Part shown: positions 11,001-19,397 of the stretch, one piece after another | Layout of the letters: every line of letters starts with the position of its first letter | Position numbering within the stretch: position 1 is the stretch's first letter | Assembly: GCF_000039765.1 (NCBI RefSeq) | Contig: NC_004459.3 | Coordinates: forward strand, 3,046,104-3,078,103 | Source of the DNA: Vibrio vulnificus CMCP6 | GTDB lineage: Bacteria; Pseudomonadota; Gammaproteobacteria; Enterobacterales; Vibrionaceae | Reading direction: 5' to 3' | DNA: 32,000 bases | Notes under the pieces: model-generated | What the model was told of the DNA's origin: nothing | What the model saw: the letters and a program-made list of their open reading frames with translations, nothing else | Database searches by the model: none | Position numbers and translations under genes: made by a program

Positions 11001-11156
11001 AGAGCACAAAAGCAAGCCTACTTAACCGCGAGGCTGTTAATGGTGAAAGGCATTTTGGAGCGCGAAGGAGACGTCATACATGTGATCGCAGGGAGGTTGA
11101 TTGATCTGACGGAGAAGCTGTCGGGTTTAAGCCCAAAATCTCGTGAGTTTCATTAA
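8082..11156 (+). CDS. dnaE2: Error-prone DNA polymerase DnaE2 (ImuC)
   Basis: 1024 aa; PHP domain [40 protein letters not shown], DnaE core [76 protein letters not shown]; cassette context. Confidence 0.95.
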   Translation: [1024 protein letters not shown]

Positions 11157-11180
11157 GAAAAATGCCAACCAAAGGCAATA

Positions 11181-11205
11181 AAAAAGGAGTGAATCTTCAC
11201 TCCTT
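11181..11205 (-). terminator. Rho-independent terminator of cheV (between convergent dnaE2 and cheV)
   Basis: Inverted repeat AAGGAGTGAA (11184-11193)/TTCACTCCTT (11196-11205), T run on minus strand. Confidence 0.8.
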
Positions 11206-11219
11206 GCGTTTAACCACCG

Positions 11220-12161
11220 TTAAATGATTTCTCTTAAGCGATCTTGGGTGACTTGCACCAGTAGGTCTGGCTGGAACTTCGAAATAAATCGGTCACACCC
11301 TACCTTTTGCACCATCGCTTCATTGAAACTGCCACTTAATGATGTATTGAGCGTAATAAACAACTTAGACATACGCGGATCACTGCGCACTTCGTGTGTG
11401 AGTTTATAACCATCCATTTCTGGCATTTCCGCATCGGTGATCATTAACAGCAACTCTTTATTTAAATCCTTACCCTCATCACACCAAGATTTGAGCAGAT
11501 TCAGGGCCTCAAGGCCATCGCGACATTCAATAATGTGAAGGCCAAGTTGAGATAAAGTATCGCGGATCTGATTACGTGCCGTAGACGAATCATCCACCAC
11601 TAACACTTTACGCCCCACCATTTCATTCGACAGCTTCGAATCCAAAATGCCTTCAGAAATCGTTACGTCGTAATCGATGATTTCTGCCAGAACTTTTTCA
11701 ACATCAATAATCTCGACGATTTTGCTCTCTTTCCCTTCTTTCACATGGGTGATCGCCGTTAAATAATTACTGCGCCCTGATGTTTTCGGTGGCGGCTGAA
11801 TTTCCGTCCAAGCGGTATTAATAATATTGCGCACTTGGCCAACCAAAAAGCCCTGAATGGTTCGGTTGTATTCGGTAATGATGAGGTTCTCTTCTTGCCC
11901 TTCTAATTTCGAGGCAGGAAAACCTATCGAGCGTCTAAGGTCAATAACAGGAACTGGTTCACCTCGCAAGGAAGCGACGCCTCGGATGTTTGCGTGAGCG
12001 CCAGGTAACTTGGTCAGCGGTGGCACTTTCAGCACCTCCCTCACCTTGAATACGTTGATCGCAAATAACTGACGGCTATTTAAACTAAACAGCAGAAGTT
12101 CCAGACGGTTTTCACCAACCAAATTGGTTCGCTGGTCTACAGTATTTAAAACTCCAGACAT
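11220..12161 (-). CDS. cheV: CheV chemotaxis coupling protein (CheW domain plus receiver domain)
   Basis: 313 aa; N-terminal CheW-like ENRLELLLFSLNSRQLFAINVFKVREVLKVPPLTKLPGAHANIRGVASLRGEPVPVIDL; C-terminal REC KVLVVDDSSTARNQI ... LLLMITDAEMPEMDGYKLTHEVR. Confidence 0.94.
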   Translation of the reverse strand: MSGVLNTVDQRTNLVGENRLELLLFSLNSRQLFAINVFKVREVLKVPPLTKLPGAHANIRGVASLRGEPVPVIDLRRSIGFPASKLEGQEENLIITEYNRTIQGFLVGQVRNIINTAWTEIQPPPKTSGRSNYLTAITHVKEGKESKIVEIIDVEKVLAEIIDYDVTISEGILDSKLSNEMVGRKVLVVDDSSTARNQIRDTLSQLGLHIIECRDGLEALNLLKSWCDEGKDLNKELLLMITDAEMPEMDGYKLTHEVRSDPRMSKLFITLNTSLSGSFNEAMVQKVGCDRFISKFQPDLLVQVTQDRLREII

Positions 12162-12305
12162 ACAACATCCTAATGGGTTAAAACTCTATTAAAAATAGCC
12201 TAAAAAACATAAGTCATGGCAAAAGTACATGAATGAAAAACAGAGATCAATTGATGAGGGGCAATTGAGATAGGCAGGTCACTGATTTCAAGGCCGAATA
12301 AAACA

Positions 12306-12328
12306 AAACCTGGAGAAGATCCAGGTTT
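12306..12328 (-). terminator. Rho-independent terminator downstream of mlc
   Basis: Stem AAACCTGG/CCAGGTTT, T-rich TGTTTTATTC on minus strand. Confidence 0.7.
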
Positions 12329-12343
12329 GCCGCGAGTTGGGAT

Positions 12344-13561
12344 TTAACCTTCGACCACTTTCATTAATAGCAAGCCATCGTAAAGAGCCTGCTTAATCAA
12401 TGCAGCCCCTGGCATGGTTGCCTGTTTATAGAAACGCGATTCCACCAGTTCAAGATCTTGGTGATAAACAGGCAAGCTTTGCTCTTCAATGCAGCGTCGA
12501 ATAGCCGGATAGAGAACTTCCTTCGCTTGGTTGATTACACCGCCGATCAGCACTTTTTCTGGGTTAAATAAGTTGATGACAATCGCAATCGCCGAGCCAA
12601 GATAACGGCCGAGTTTCTCAATGACATCCACAGCTAATGCATCTCCATTCGCTGCGGCCTCACAAATGCTTTCAATCGTGACATCTTCCAGCTCTTCGAG
12701 AATGGACGACTCTCCATTAGCAATGCGTTCCATTACCTCTTCACGAATGGCTTTAGAACTTGCGACCGTTTCAAGGCACCCTCTGTTGCCACAGTGGCAA
12801 AGTTTGCCTTGTGGATCGATCTGGATATGGCCTAATTCGCCAATGTTCCCGTGACGGCCCTGCAATACCCGTCCATCAAGTATGATACCCGCACCTAAAC
12901 CATGGTGGATCGAAATAAGAACCGAGTTTTCGTTACCTTGAGAGTGACCAAATAGCTTTTCCGCCAAAGCCCAAGCTCGTGTGTCATTGGCGATGAAAAC
13001 CGGTAGCCCAGTCGCTTTGTAAATCTCTGGACCGAGAGCGAGGTTTTCAACATTGTAATGCGGCATTTGCAGCACAATGCCTTGTTCTGAATTGACTAAG
13101 CCAGGCAACGTAATCGCGATACTGGTTACACGATCCAGTTGATCGGCATAGGTTTGGAAAAATTCTTCGATTTCGTGTAGGAGTCGAGCAAGAACGTCAT
13201 CTTGATCCCTTTCGTGGATATCGATTTTTGTATCGATCAGGACTTCACCACCCAATTCATGGAGTGCAATGGTGAGATAACCTCGTCCAAGTCGCATCGA
13301 AAGAAATTGCCATCCAGCATTATTCACTTGAAGGCCGACCGCTGGTCTTCCTCGGCTAATCGCTTCTTGCACGGTAGTTTCGTGCACAAGATGTGCTTCT
13401 ATCAACTCACGGGTAATTTTCGTAATACTCGCCGGTGCCAGCTCGCTTTCTTTTGACAAATCGATTCGAGAGATTGGACCCTTAAGGTCAATTAGTTTGT
13501 ATACACGACCAGCATTGACCTGTTTGATATGATCAATATGGCCCGGTTGAGCCATGTACAT
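12344..13561 (-). CDS. mlc: Mlc-type ROK family transcriptional repressor (PTS sugar regulator)
   Basis: MYMAQPGHIDHIKQVNAGRVYKLIDLKGPISRIDLSKESELAPASITKITRELIEAHLV... HTH; ROK domain with zinc motif CHCGNRGCLE. Start placed at ATG 13561 because MYMAQPGHIDHIKQ matches the known Mlc N-terminus; track start 13651 is probably too long. Confidence 0.92.
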   Translation of the reverse strand: MYMAQPGHIDHIKQVNAGRVYKLIDLKGPISRIDLSKESELAPASITKITRELIEAHLVHETTVQEAISRGRPAVGLQVNNAGWQFLSMRLGRGYLTIALHELGGEVLIDTKIDIHERDQDDVLARLLHEIEEFFQTYADQLDRVTSIAITLPGLVNSEQGIVLQMPHYNVENLALGPEIYKATGLPVFIANDTRAWALAEKLFGHSQGNENSVLISIHHGLGAGIILDGRVLQGRHGNIGELGHIQIDPQGKLCHCGNRGCLETVASSKAIREEVMERIANGESSILEELEDVTIESICEAAANGDALAVDVIEKLGRYLGSAIAIVINLFNPEKVLIGGVINQAKEVLYPAIRRCIEEQSLPVYHQDLELVESRFYKQATMPGAALIKQALYDGLLLMKVVEG

Positions 13562-13830
13562 CTTGCACTCCAACATTCTATAACGGAGCAATTTTTTTAC
13601 TTTGCGAAGTAATTGTGAAGTGAATTGATAAATCCCCGTGACCAGCATCACGTATAAACATGAATGTTTGTGTATCGAATCAAATATCCATCATTTAGTC
13701 GGCGACACATCGCATCACCTCAAACTTATTTTTCTTGAAAAAATTTCTGAATTTTGTGGAAAGTCAACAGCAAAGAGACCACGCTTCTCTGTATAACTAT
13801 CTATGACATACGTCTATCGCAGGAGAAGCT

Positions 13831-15279
13831 ATGACTCAGCCATTAAGAAGAACAAAAATCGTGACCACTTTAGGTCCTTCAACTGACAAAGATAATGTAC
13901 TAGAAGAAATTATTCGAGCCGGCGCGAATGTGGTCAGGATGAATTTTTCTCACGGCAGCGCAGAGGATCATAAAACTCGCGCAGAAAAAGTGCGCAATAT
14001 TGCCGCCAGACTTGGCAGACAAGTGGCTATTTTAGGTGATTTACAAGGCCCGAAGATCCGAGTATCAACCTTTAAAGAAGGGAAAATTTTCCTTTCAGTG
14101 GGTGACCTCTTCACTTTAGACAGTGACTTGCCCAAAGGCGAAGGCGATCAAAAATCAGTGGGATTAGACTATAAAGCACTGCCTCAGGATGTGGGACCAG
14201 AAGATATTCTGCTGCTTGATGATGGACGTGTACAACTGCAAGTGCTGACGGTCGATGGCAACAAGGTGAACACTCGTGTGATAGTGGGCGGACCGCTGTC
14301 AAACAATAAAGGTATCAATAAAAAAGGGGGCGGCCTCTCTGCTGACGCTCTAACGGAAAAAGACAAACAAGACATCTTGCTCGCCGCCGAGATCAAAGTC
14401 GATTATCTCGCGATCTCCTTTCCACGTAATGGTGCCGACATGGACTATGCTCGTCGCTTGGCCAGAGATGCCGGCTTGGAAGCCAAACTTGTTGCCAAAG
14501 TTGAACGAGCAGAAACCGTTCGAAACGATGAAAACATCGACGATATTATCATGGCTTCCGATGTCATTATGGTTGCTCGTGGCGATCTAGGGGTAGAAAT
14601 CGGCGATCCGGAATTGATCGGTGTACAGAAAAAACTCATCAAACGAGCCAAAGAACTCAATCGTGTCGTCATCACGGCAACACAAATGATGGAATCGATG
14701 ATTGAAAATCCAATGCCCACTCGAGCAGAAGTCATGGACGTAGCCAACGCGGTGCTGGATGGCACCGATGCCGTGATGCTTTCAGGGGAAACCGCCGCTG
14801 GTAAATACCCAGTCGAAACGGTGCGCTCTATGGCAGAAGTCTGCATTGGGGCAGAAAAAACGTGGGAACCGGGCAGCCAGAATTATCGCATCGATAAATC
14901 CTTTGTCACCGCCGAAGAAACCATTGCAATGTCGACAATCTACGCCGCAAATCATATGGAAGGCGTCAAAGCGATGGTGACGTTGACTGAATCGGGAAGA
15001 ACCGCATTAATGACGTCAAGATTGAACTCAACACTGCCCATTTTTGCGCTTTCGCCTAATGAGCGAACCCTTAATCGCTGCTCTCTCTATCGTGGCGTCA
15101 CTCCCGTATTTTTTGATACCAAAGTAGAAACTGGATTTGATGTCGCAATGGCCGCATTGAGCACGCTTAGAAAGAAAAAACTGCTCGATTTTGGGGATTT
15201 AGTGATCATCACACAGGGGGACATCATGGATGTTGAAGGCTCGACTAACTGCATGAGAATCCTGCCTGTTTTTGACTAA
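13831..15279 (+). CDS. pykA: Pyruvate kinase, PykA (type II) like
   Basis: 482 aa; [73 protein letters not shown], closer to E. coli PykA than PykF by motif recall. Confidence 0.94.
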   Translation: MTQPLRRTKIVTTLGPSTDKDNVLEEIIRAGANVVRMNFSHGSAEDHKTRAEKVRNIAARLGRQVAILGDLQGPKIRVSTFKEGKIFLSVGDLFTLDSDLPKGEGDQKSVGLDYKALPQDVGPEDILLLDDGRVQLQVLTVDGNKVNTRVIVGGPLSNNKGINKKGGGLSADALTEKDKQDILLAAEIKVDYLAISFPRNGADMDYARRLARDAGLEAKLVAKVERAETVRNDENIDDIIMASDVIMVARGDLGVEIGDPELIGVQKKLIKRAKELNRVVITATQMMESMIENPMPTRAEVMDVANAVLDGTDAVMLSGETAAGKYPVETVRSMAEVCIGAEKTWEPGSQNYRIDKSFVTAEETIAMSTIYAANHMEGVKAMVTLTESGRTALMTSRLNSTLPIFALSPNERTLNRCSLYRGVTPVFFDTKVETGFDVAMAALSTLRKKKLLDFGDLVIITQGDIMDVEGSTNCMRILPVFD

Positions 15280-15298
15280 CTCGCTTCATTAGTGATAG

Positions 15299-15324
15299 TG
15301 ACAACCGCCCTTCAGCGGTTGTCA
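15299..15324 (+). terminator. Hairpin terminator downstream of pykA, overlapping the 3' end of the convergent patatin gene
   Basis: TGACAACCGC (15299-15308)/GCGGTTGTCA (15315-15324), 6-nt loop, short T-rich tail. Confidence 0.65.
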
Positions 15325-16490
15325 TTTGTCTGATTCAACCGTGACAGCATTCTTTGCTGTTTAACCAATTGATACTGTTTAATAAAGCGATAACCGGCCT
15401 GCACACCACAATCGTAATCAAACAGCAATTCGTCTCGGCCGCTGAGCAATGAACTGGATCTCAGTGGCGCATCCGGTGTAATTTGAATAATAAACGTATC
15501 GTCAGGTGGCTTAGCAAGAAAATCTCGGGTTAACGAATACGTTTGATAGTGCACCATCAGCATATCGGCTAATCCCGAATCAAAATTGTCACCAATCAGA
15601 TGGCTAAGGCGGTAGATGTTGTCTGCACCAAATAACCAACGCCCCCCGTTCAACAAGCGAAATTTGTGATCGGGAATCGCTTGAGAATCGGCAATTTGTT
15701 GTTGAAAGAACAAGCTCCAATCTTCACGCCAGCGGCTCACCCTATCCTGCCATTTCAACTGCACATTACCGAATGAATTACGAAACCAATCAGCTTCTCT
15801 CGGTTTCATCTCATTAAGATTAAGAGGCGCAGTATTCTCGGTTGCACTAAACGGTTCGGTTCGGATCACCACAATAGAACGGGCATTACGCCGCCACGGC
15901 TCCTGAACCGGAACGGACGCCGATACCCCACCGTCCACATACTCGTTGCCATTTATCATCACAGGCTTCGCATATAGCTTAGGAATGGCACACGTTGCCA
16001 GCATGGTGTCGTGCCATATCGGACCAAACATTGGCAAATAACGGTCAGTTAATGTCGATGTTTCCGTCACCGAAGCATACGCTTGTCGTTCACCCAATAT
16101 GGTTTCACCAAGATCAAGATCCAACTTATAGGGATAAGAGCGAATTTTATCCAATGCCCATTCTAAACCCAGATATTGCTTCTGCCGAATGTAACCAAAT
16201 AGGTTAAAAAACTCAGAATCCGTGGTGAGATCGAGTATGAAGGCTTTTCCTAATCCATGCTGACGACACAAGTAAGCACACAAATTTAAAGCGCCAGCAG
16301 AGGTACCATAGAACTCATGGAAAGGGTCAAAATCAGAGAGGATGAAAGCATCTAAAACGCCAGCAGTGAAAATACCTCTTTGGCCACCCCCTTGGGCAAC
16401 CAAAGATGTTTTTCCCTGTTGGTATTTGGCGTACCGCTCTATGTCAAGATTGGTGTAACTGTTCGTGACAATACCACTGTTTATTGCCAT
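15312..16490 (-). CDS. Patatin-like phospholipase family protein
   Basis: 392 aa; oxyanion GGGQRG, nucleophile elbow GTSAG, VDGG (Asp of dyad) characteristic of patatin-like lipases. Confidence 0.88.
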   Translation of the reverse strand: MAINSGIVTNSYTNLDIERYAKYQQGKTSLVAQGGGQRGIFTAGVLDAFILSDFDPFHEFYGTSAGALNLCAYLCRQHGLGKAFILDLTTDSEFFNLFGYIRQKQYLGLEWALDKIRSYPYKLDLDLGETILGERQAYASVTETSTLTDRYLPMFGPIWHDTMLATCAIPKLYAKPVMINGNEYVDGGVSASVPVQEPWRRNARSIVVIRTEPFSATENTAPLNLNEMKPREADWFRNSFGNVQLKWQDRVSRWREDWSLFFQQQIADSQAIPDHKFRLLNGGRWLFGADNIYRLSHLIGDNFDSGLADMLMVHYQTYSLTRDFLAKPPDDTFIIQITPDAPLRSSSLLSGRDELLFDYDCGVQAGYRFIKQYQLVKQQRMLSRLNQTNDNR

Positions 16491-16505
16491 CGGCGTTACC
16501 TAAAT

Positions 16506-16598
16506 TTAAGCGGCAGTGATCGCAATAAAACCAAAAGAGAGTAGAACTGCAAAGACAGTTGCTGTGATGATTAGGGCTGCTTTTAGATCGTGTTCCAT
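16506..16598 (-). CDS. Small YnhF-like membrane protein (30 aa)
   Basis: MEHDLKAALIITATVFAVLLSFGFIAITAA*; strong Shine-Dalgarno GGAGGTG 4 nt upstream; single TM; N-terminal xxDLKxxL and length match YnhF family. Absent from track (below 60 aa). Confidence 0.75.
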   Translation of the reverse strand: MEHDLKAALIITATVFAVLLSFGFIAITAA

Positions 16599-16723
16599 AA
16601 ACACCTCCAACTTGTAACAAAGTAATAACAGTAGTATGAGGGATGTCTGGAAAATGTCTAAAGACGTCATACAAATTTGACGTTAGCATCACAAATAAAC
16701 AGTTGGCGAAAAAGGAATTTATC

Positions 16724-17317
16724 ATGTTGAAACATCTCTCCCTCCTCAGTTGCACACTCTTACTTATGTTTGCGCCACTGGCATCAGCCAACAAACTGAT
16801 TGTAACGCCTTTTGTTGGTTATACCTTTGGTGGTGCTGTTGAAGATGAAAATCAGGACACATTCGATCTCAATGCCGCGCCAAACTACGCCATCGCCATC
16901 GAAACCCCTTTGGATAAAGGACGAGTTGGTCTGTTCTACTCCTATCAAAGCTCGGAAGTGGATGTCATCAAACAAGATTATGGTTTCCACTATTTACACT
17001 TCCAAAGCAGCATCTACTATCCAACAGATTCTGGCTTAAGCGGTTATCTCGGTATGGGGCTCGGTGCATCTTATGCTGACGTAGATTGGGCAGATGACAA
17101 AGTTGGTTTCTCCACCAGTATCTTTGGTGGAATTGAATACCCGATTACCAGTAATTTATTGATTTCAGCTCAAATTCGTTGGCTAGGAACGGTGGTCGAC
17201 AATGACTCAAGCGCCGCTTGCGTTGTACCCACCACGGGGCAAAACTGTGTCATTCAATTTGAGACCGATTGGGTAAACCAATTTCAATCTAATTTAGGAT
17301 TAACCTTCAAGCTTTAA
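16724..17317 (+). CDS. Putative outer membrane beta-barrel protein
   Basis: MLKHLSLLSCTLLLMFAPLASANKLIVTPFVGYTFGG... signal peptide, alternating hydrophobic strands (SGYLGMGLGASYADVDW), ends in ...NLGLTFKL. Start set to 16724 rather than 16643 because signal peptide begins there. Confidence 0.75.
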   Translation: MLKHLSLLSCTLLLMFAPLASANKLIVTPFVGYTFGGAVEDENQDTFDLNAAPNYAIAIETPLDKGRVGLFYSYQSSEVDVIKQDYGFHYLHFQSSIYYPTDSGLSGYLGMGLGASYADVDWADDKVGFSTSIFGGIEYPITSNLLISAQIRWLGTVVDNDSSAACVVPTTGQNCVIQFETDWVNQFQSNLGLTFKL

Positions 17318-17343
17318 CATTAATACAACAAAAATATTCTAGT

Positions 17344-17370
17344 GGGCGTATGAAAATCAGTTATACGCCC
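17344..17370 (+). terminator. Candidate terminator downstream of the outer-membrane-like gene
   Basis: GGGCGTAT (17344-17351)/ATACGCCC (17363-17370) stem, 11-nt loop; only weak T-rich tail. Confidence 0.5.
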
Positions 17371-17690
17371 TAAATGTTTAAAAAAGTAACATCCCCCAGC
17401 AACAACCAACAAACCAACACATTCCACTAAAAAGACCACAAAACACCATTAATTAACTTTGCACACACACCTAAAAGCAAAATGAAAACCAAATATAAAT
17501 CCAAATTTAACAATTACATTCTATTGCTTAACGCAAAATAAATCGCTACTCTCCATCTCACGCGACAGTTGAATATTTCAACCAACGCAAACACACATCA
17601 AACAAATTGGAATTTAATTCTAAATTTTCTCTCTTGATTCGACACAAAAACTAACAATGACATTAACATTAGGTTAATTGCTCGAATACA

Positions 17691-17713
17691 GTATGAAAGA
17701 CCGTTTTTCATAC
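17691..17713 (+). promoter_or_regulatory. Hairpin in the presumed 5' leader of the NSS transporter gene
   Basis: GTATGAAA-GACCGTT-TTTCATAC, perfect 8-bp stem, 58 nt before the ATG. Confidence 0.3.
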
Positions 17714-17771
17714 ATACTCGTCATTCAAAGAGAAAAGCTTCATTCCTCAGGGAGTCGTAAAGGAGTTAGTT

Positions 17772-19232
17772 ATGAAGCGAGAACAATGGGGATCCCGAGC
17801 AGGATTCATTTTAGCGGCCGTCGGTTCAGCGATCGGTTTAGGCAATATTTGGCGTTTCCCATATATGGCTTATGAGAACGGTGGCGGCGCATTTTTTATT
17901 CCTTACCTTTTTGCCATGATCACCGCTGGTATTCCCTTTATGATCCTAGAGTTTAGTATGGGACAAAAATACCGCGGCTCAGCACCAGCAACTTTGGGTA
18001 AAATCCACCCTAAATTTGAATGGCTAGGTTGGTTCCAAGTTGGCGTAGCGGCCGTTATTGCGGTGTACTACGTCGCCGTTATTGGCTGGGCAATCTCCTA
18101 CTTTGGTATGTCATTTACACAAAGTTGGGGAAGCGATACCAACGCCTTTTTCTTCAGCGAATATCTGGCACTTGGCGATAACTCACCAACCAATCTAGGT
18201 TCCATTCAATGGAAAATTGCTTTGGCGATGCTGATTGCGTGGGGGATTACCTATGCCGCTATCGTCGGTGGCGTAAAATCCGGTATTGAGCGCGCATCGA
18301 AGATCATGATGCCGATTCTTTTCATCATGGTACTGCTGCTGATTGGTCGTATGATCTTCTTACCCGGAGCTTTGGATGGTGTGAACTACATGTTCGAGCC
18401 AGACTTTAGCAAGATTTGGGACGTTAAAGTATGGGCAGCAGCCTACGGGCAGATCTTCTTTACCCTCAGTATTGGTTTCGCCATCATGCTGGCTTATTCC
18501 AGCTATCTACCTGAGAAATCGGACATCACAAATAACGCTTTCATGACCGTATTAATCAACTGTGGTTTCTCGATTCTTGCGGGCATTATGATTTTCTCGG
18601 TACTGGGCTATATGGCGCAAGAACAAGGCAAACCGATCACGGAAGTGGTGTCTGCTGGTGTGGGCCTCGCATTTGTTACGATCCCGGCAGCCATTAACTT
18701 GTTACCCGCTCCTTACATCCTTGGTCCATTATTCTTCTTAGCATTGGTGGTGGCAGGTCTAAGCTCGCACATTTCAATCATGGAAGCGGTCACTTCTGCG
18801 CTTATCGACAAGCTAAACTGGAGCCGTAAAAAAGCGGCCACTATTGTCATCGGTAGTGGACTGGTTGTCTCTATGGCATTTGCAACCAACGGTGGTTTGT
18901 TACTGCTCGATCTCGTTGATCACTTTGCAAACAACGTCGGTATCATGGCCGGTGGTTTAGTTGAAATCGTACTAATGGCATGGCTGCTCAACAAAGTGGC
19001 CGATGTTCGCGAATACGTGAACAAGATTTCCGATTTCACGATTGGTACTTGGTTCGATGTTTGCCTGAAATTCATTACCCCAGCGGTTCTTGCTGTGATT
19101 CTAGCCACCAAGCTGATGACGCTGTTTACCGAAGGCTACGGTGGTTATGACTTGACGCTTGGCTGGGCAATTATCGCAGCGCTGTTTGTGATGGGCTTTG
19201 TTATCAACGCAACAAATCGTAAGGAAGCATAA
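17772..19232 (+). CDS. Sodium-dependent transporter, neurotransmitter:sodium symporter (NSS/SNF) family
   Basis: 486 aa; EQWGSRAGFILAAVGSAIGLGNIWRFPYMAYENGGGAFFIPYLF is the NSS TM1 signature; 12-TM-like hydrophobic profile. Confidence 0.94.
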   Translation: MKREQWGSRAGFILAAVGSAIGLGNIWRFPYMAYENGGGAFFIPYLFAMITAGIPFMILEFSMGQKYRGSAPATLGKIHPKFEWLGWFQVGVAAVIAVYYVAVIGWAISYFGMSFTQSWGSDTNAFFFSEYLALGDNSPTNLGSIQWKIALAMLIAWGITYAAIVGGVKSGIERASKIMMPILFIMVLLLIGRMIFLPGALDGVNYMFEPDFSKIWDVKVWAAAYGQIFFTLSIGFAIMLAYSSYLPEKSDITNNAFMTVLINCGFSILAGIMIFSVLGYMAQEQGKPITEVVSAGVGLAFVTIPAAINLLPAPYILGPLFFLALVVAGLSSHISIMEAVTSALIDKLNWSRKKAATIVIGSGLVVSMAFATNGGLLLLDLVDHFANNVGIMAGGLVEIVLMAWLLNKVADVREYVNKISDFTIGTWFDVCLKFITPAVLAVILATKLMTLFTEGYGGYDLTLGWAIIAALFVMGFVINATNRKEA

Positions 19233-19234
19233 TT

Positions 19235-19330
19235 ATGGCAACGAGCGCAATTATCATGATGCTGATTGGTCTTGGCATTACCTGGGGTGGTGCAGCCATC
19301 TGTATTAAACGAGCAATGGACAAACAATAA
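19235..19330 (+). CDS. MetS-like small subunit of NSS transporter (31 aa)
   Basis: MATSAIIMMLIGLGITWGGAAICIKRAMDKQ*; begins 2 nt after the transporter stop; single TM; matches the methionine/alanine importer small-subunit pattern (MxxxAIxMMxxGxxxxWGGxxxxxxxA). Absent from track (below 60 aa). Confidence 0.85.
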   Translation: MATSAIIMMLIGLGITWGGAAICIKRAMDKQ

Positions 19331-19367
19331 CTTGTCTCTTATTTCTCGATAATAGTGCACATAAATG

Positions 19368-19389
19368 AAAACCGGCTTAAGCCGGTTTT
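19368..19389. terminator. Bidirectional terminator between convergent NSS transporter operon and outer-membrane-like gene
   Basis: Perfect palindrome AAAACCGGCTTAAGCCGGTTTT. Confidence 0.8.
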
Positions 19390-19397
19390 CTTGTCTT

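Noticed and set aside
14445-14846. 133-aa minus-strand ORF inside pykA
   Set aside because: Serine/threonine/alanine-rich shadow frame antisense to pyruvate kinase.
17678-17875. 65-aa plus-strand ORF overlapping the NSS transporter start
   Set aside because: Out of frame with the transporter, overlaps its ribosome binding site and leader hairpin; no plausible family.
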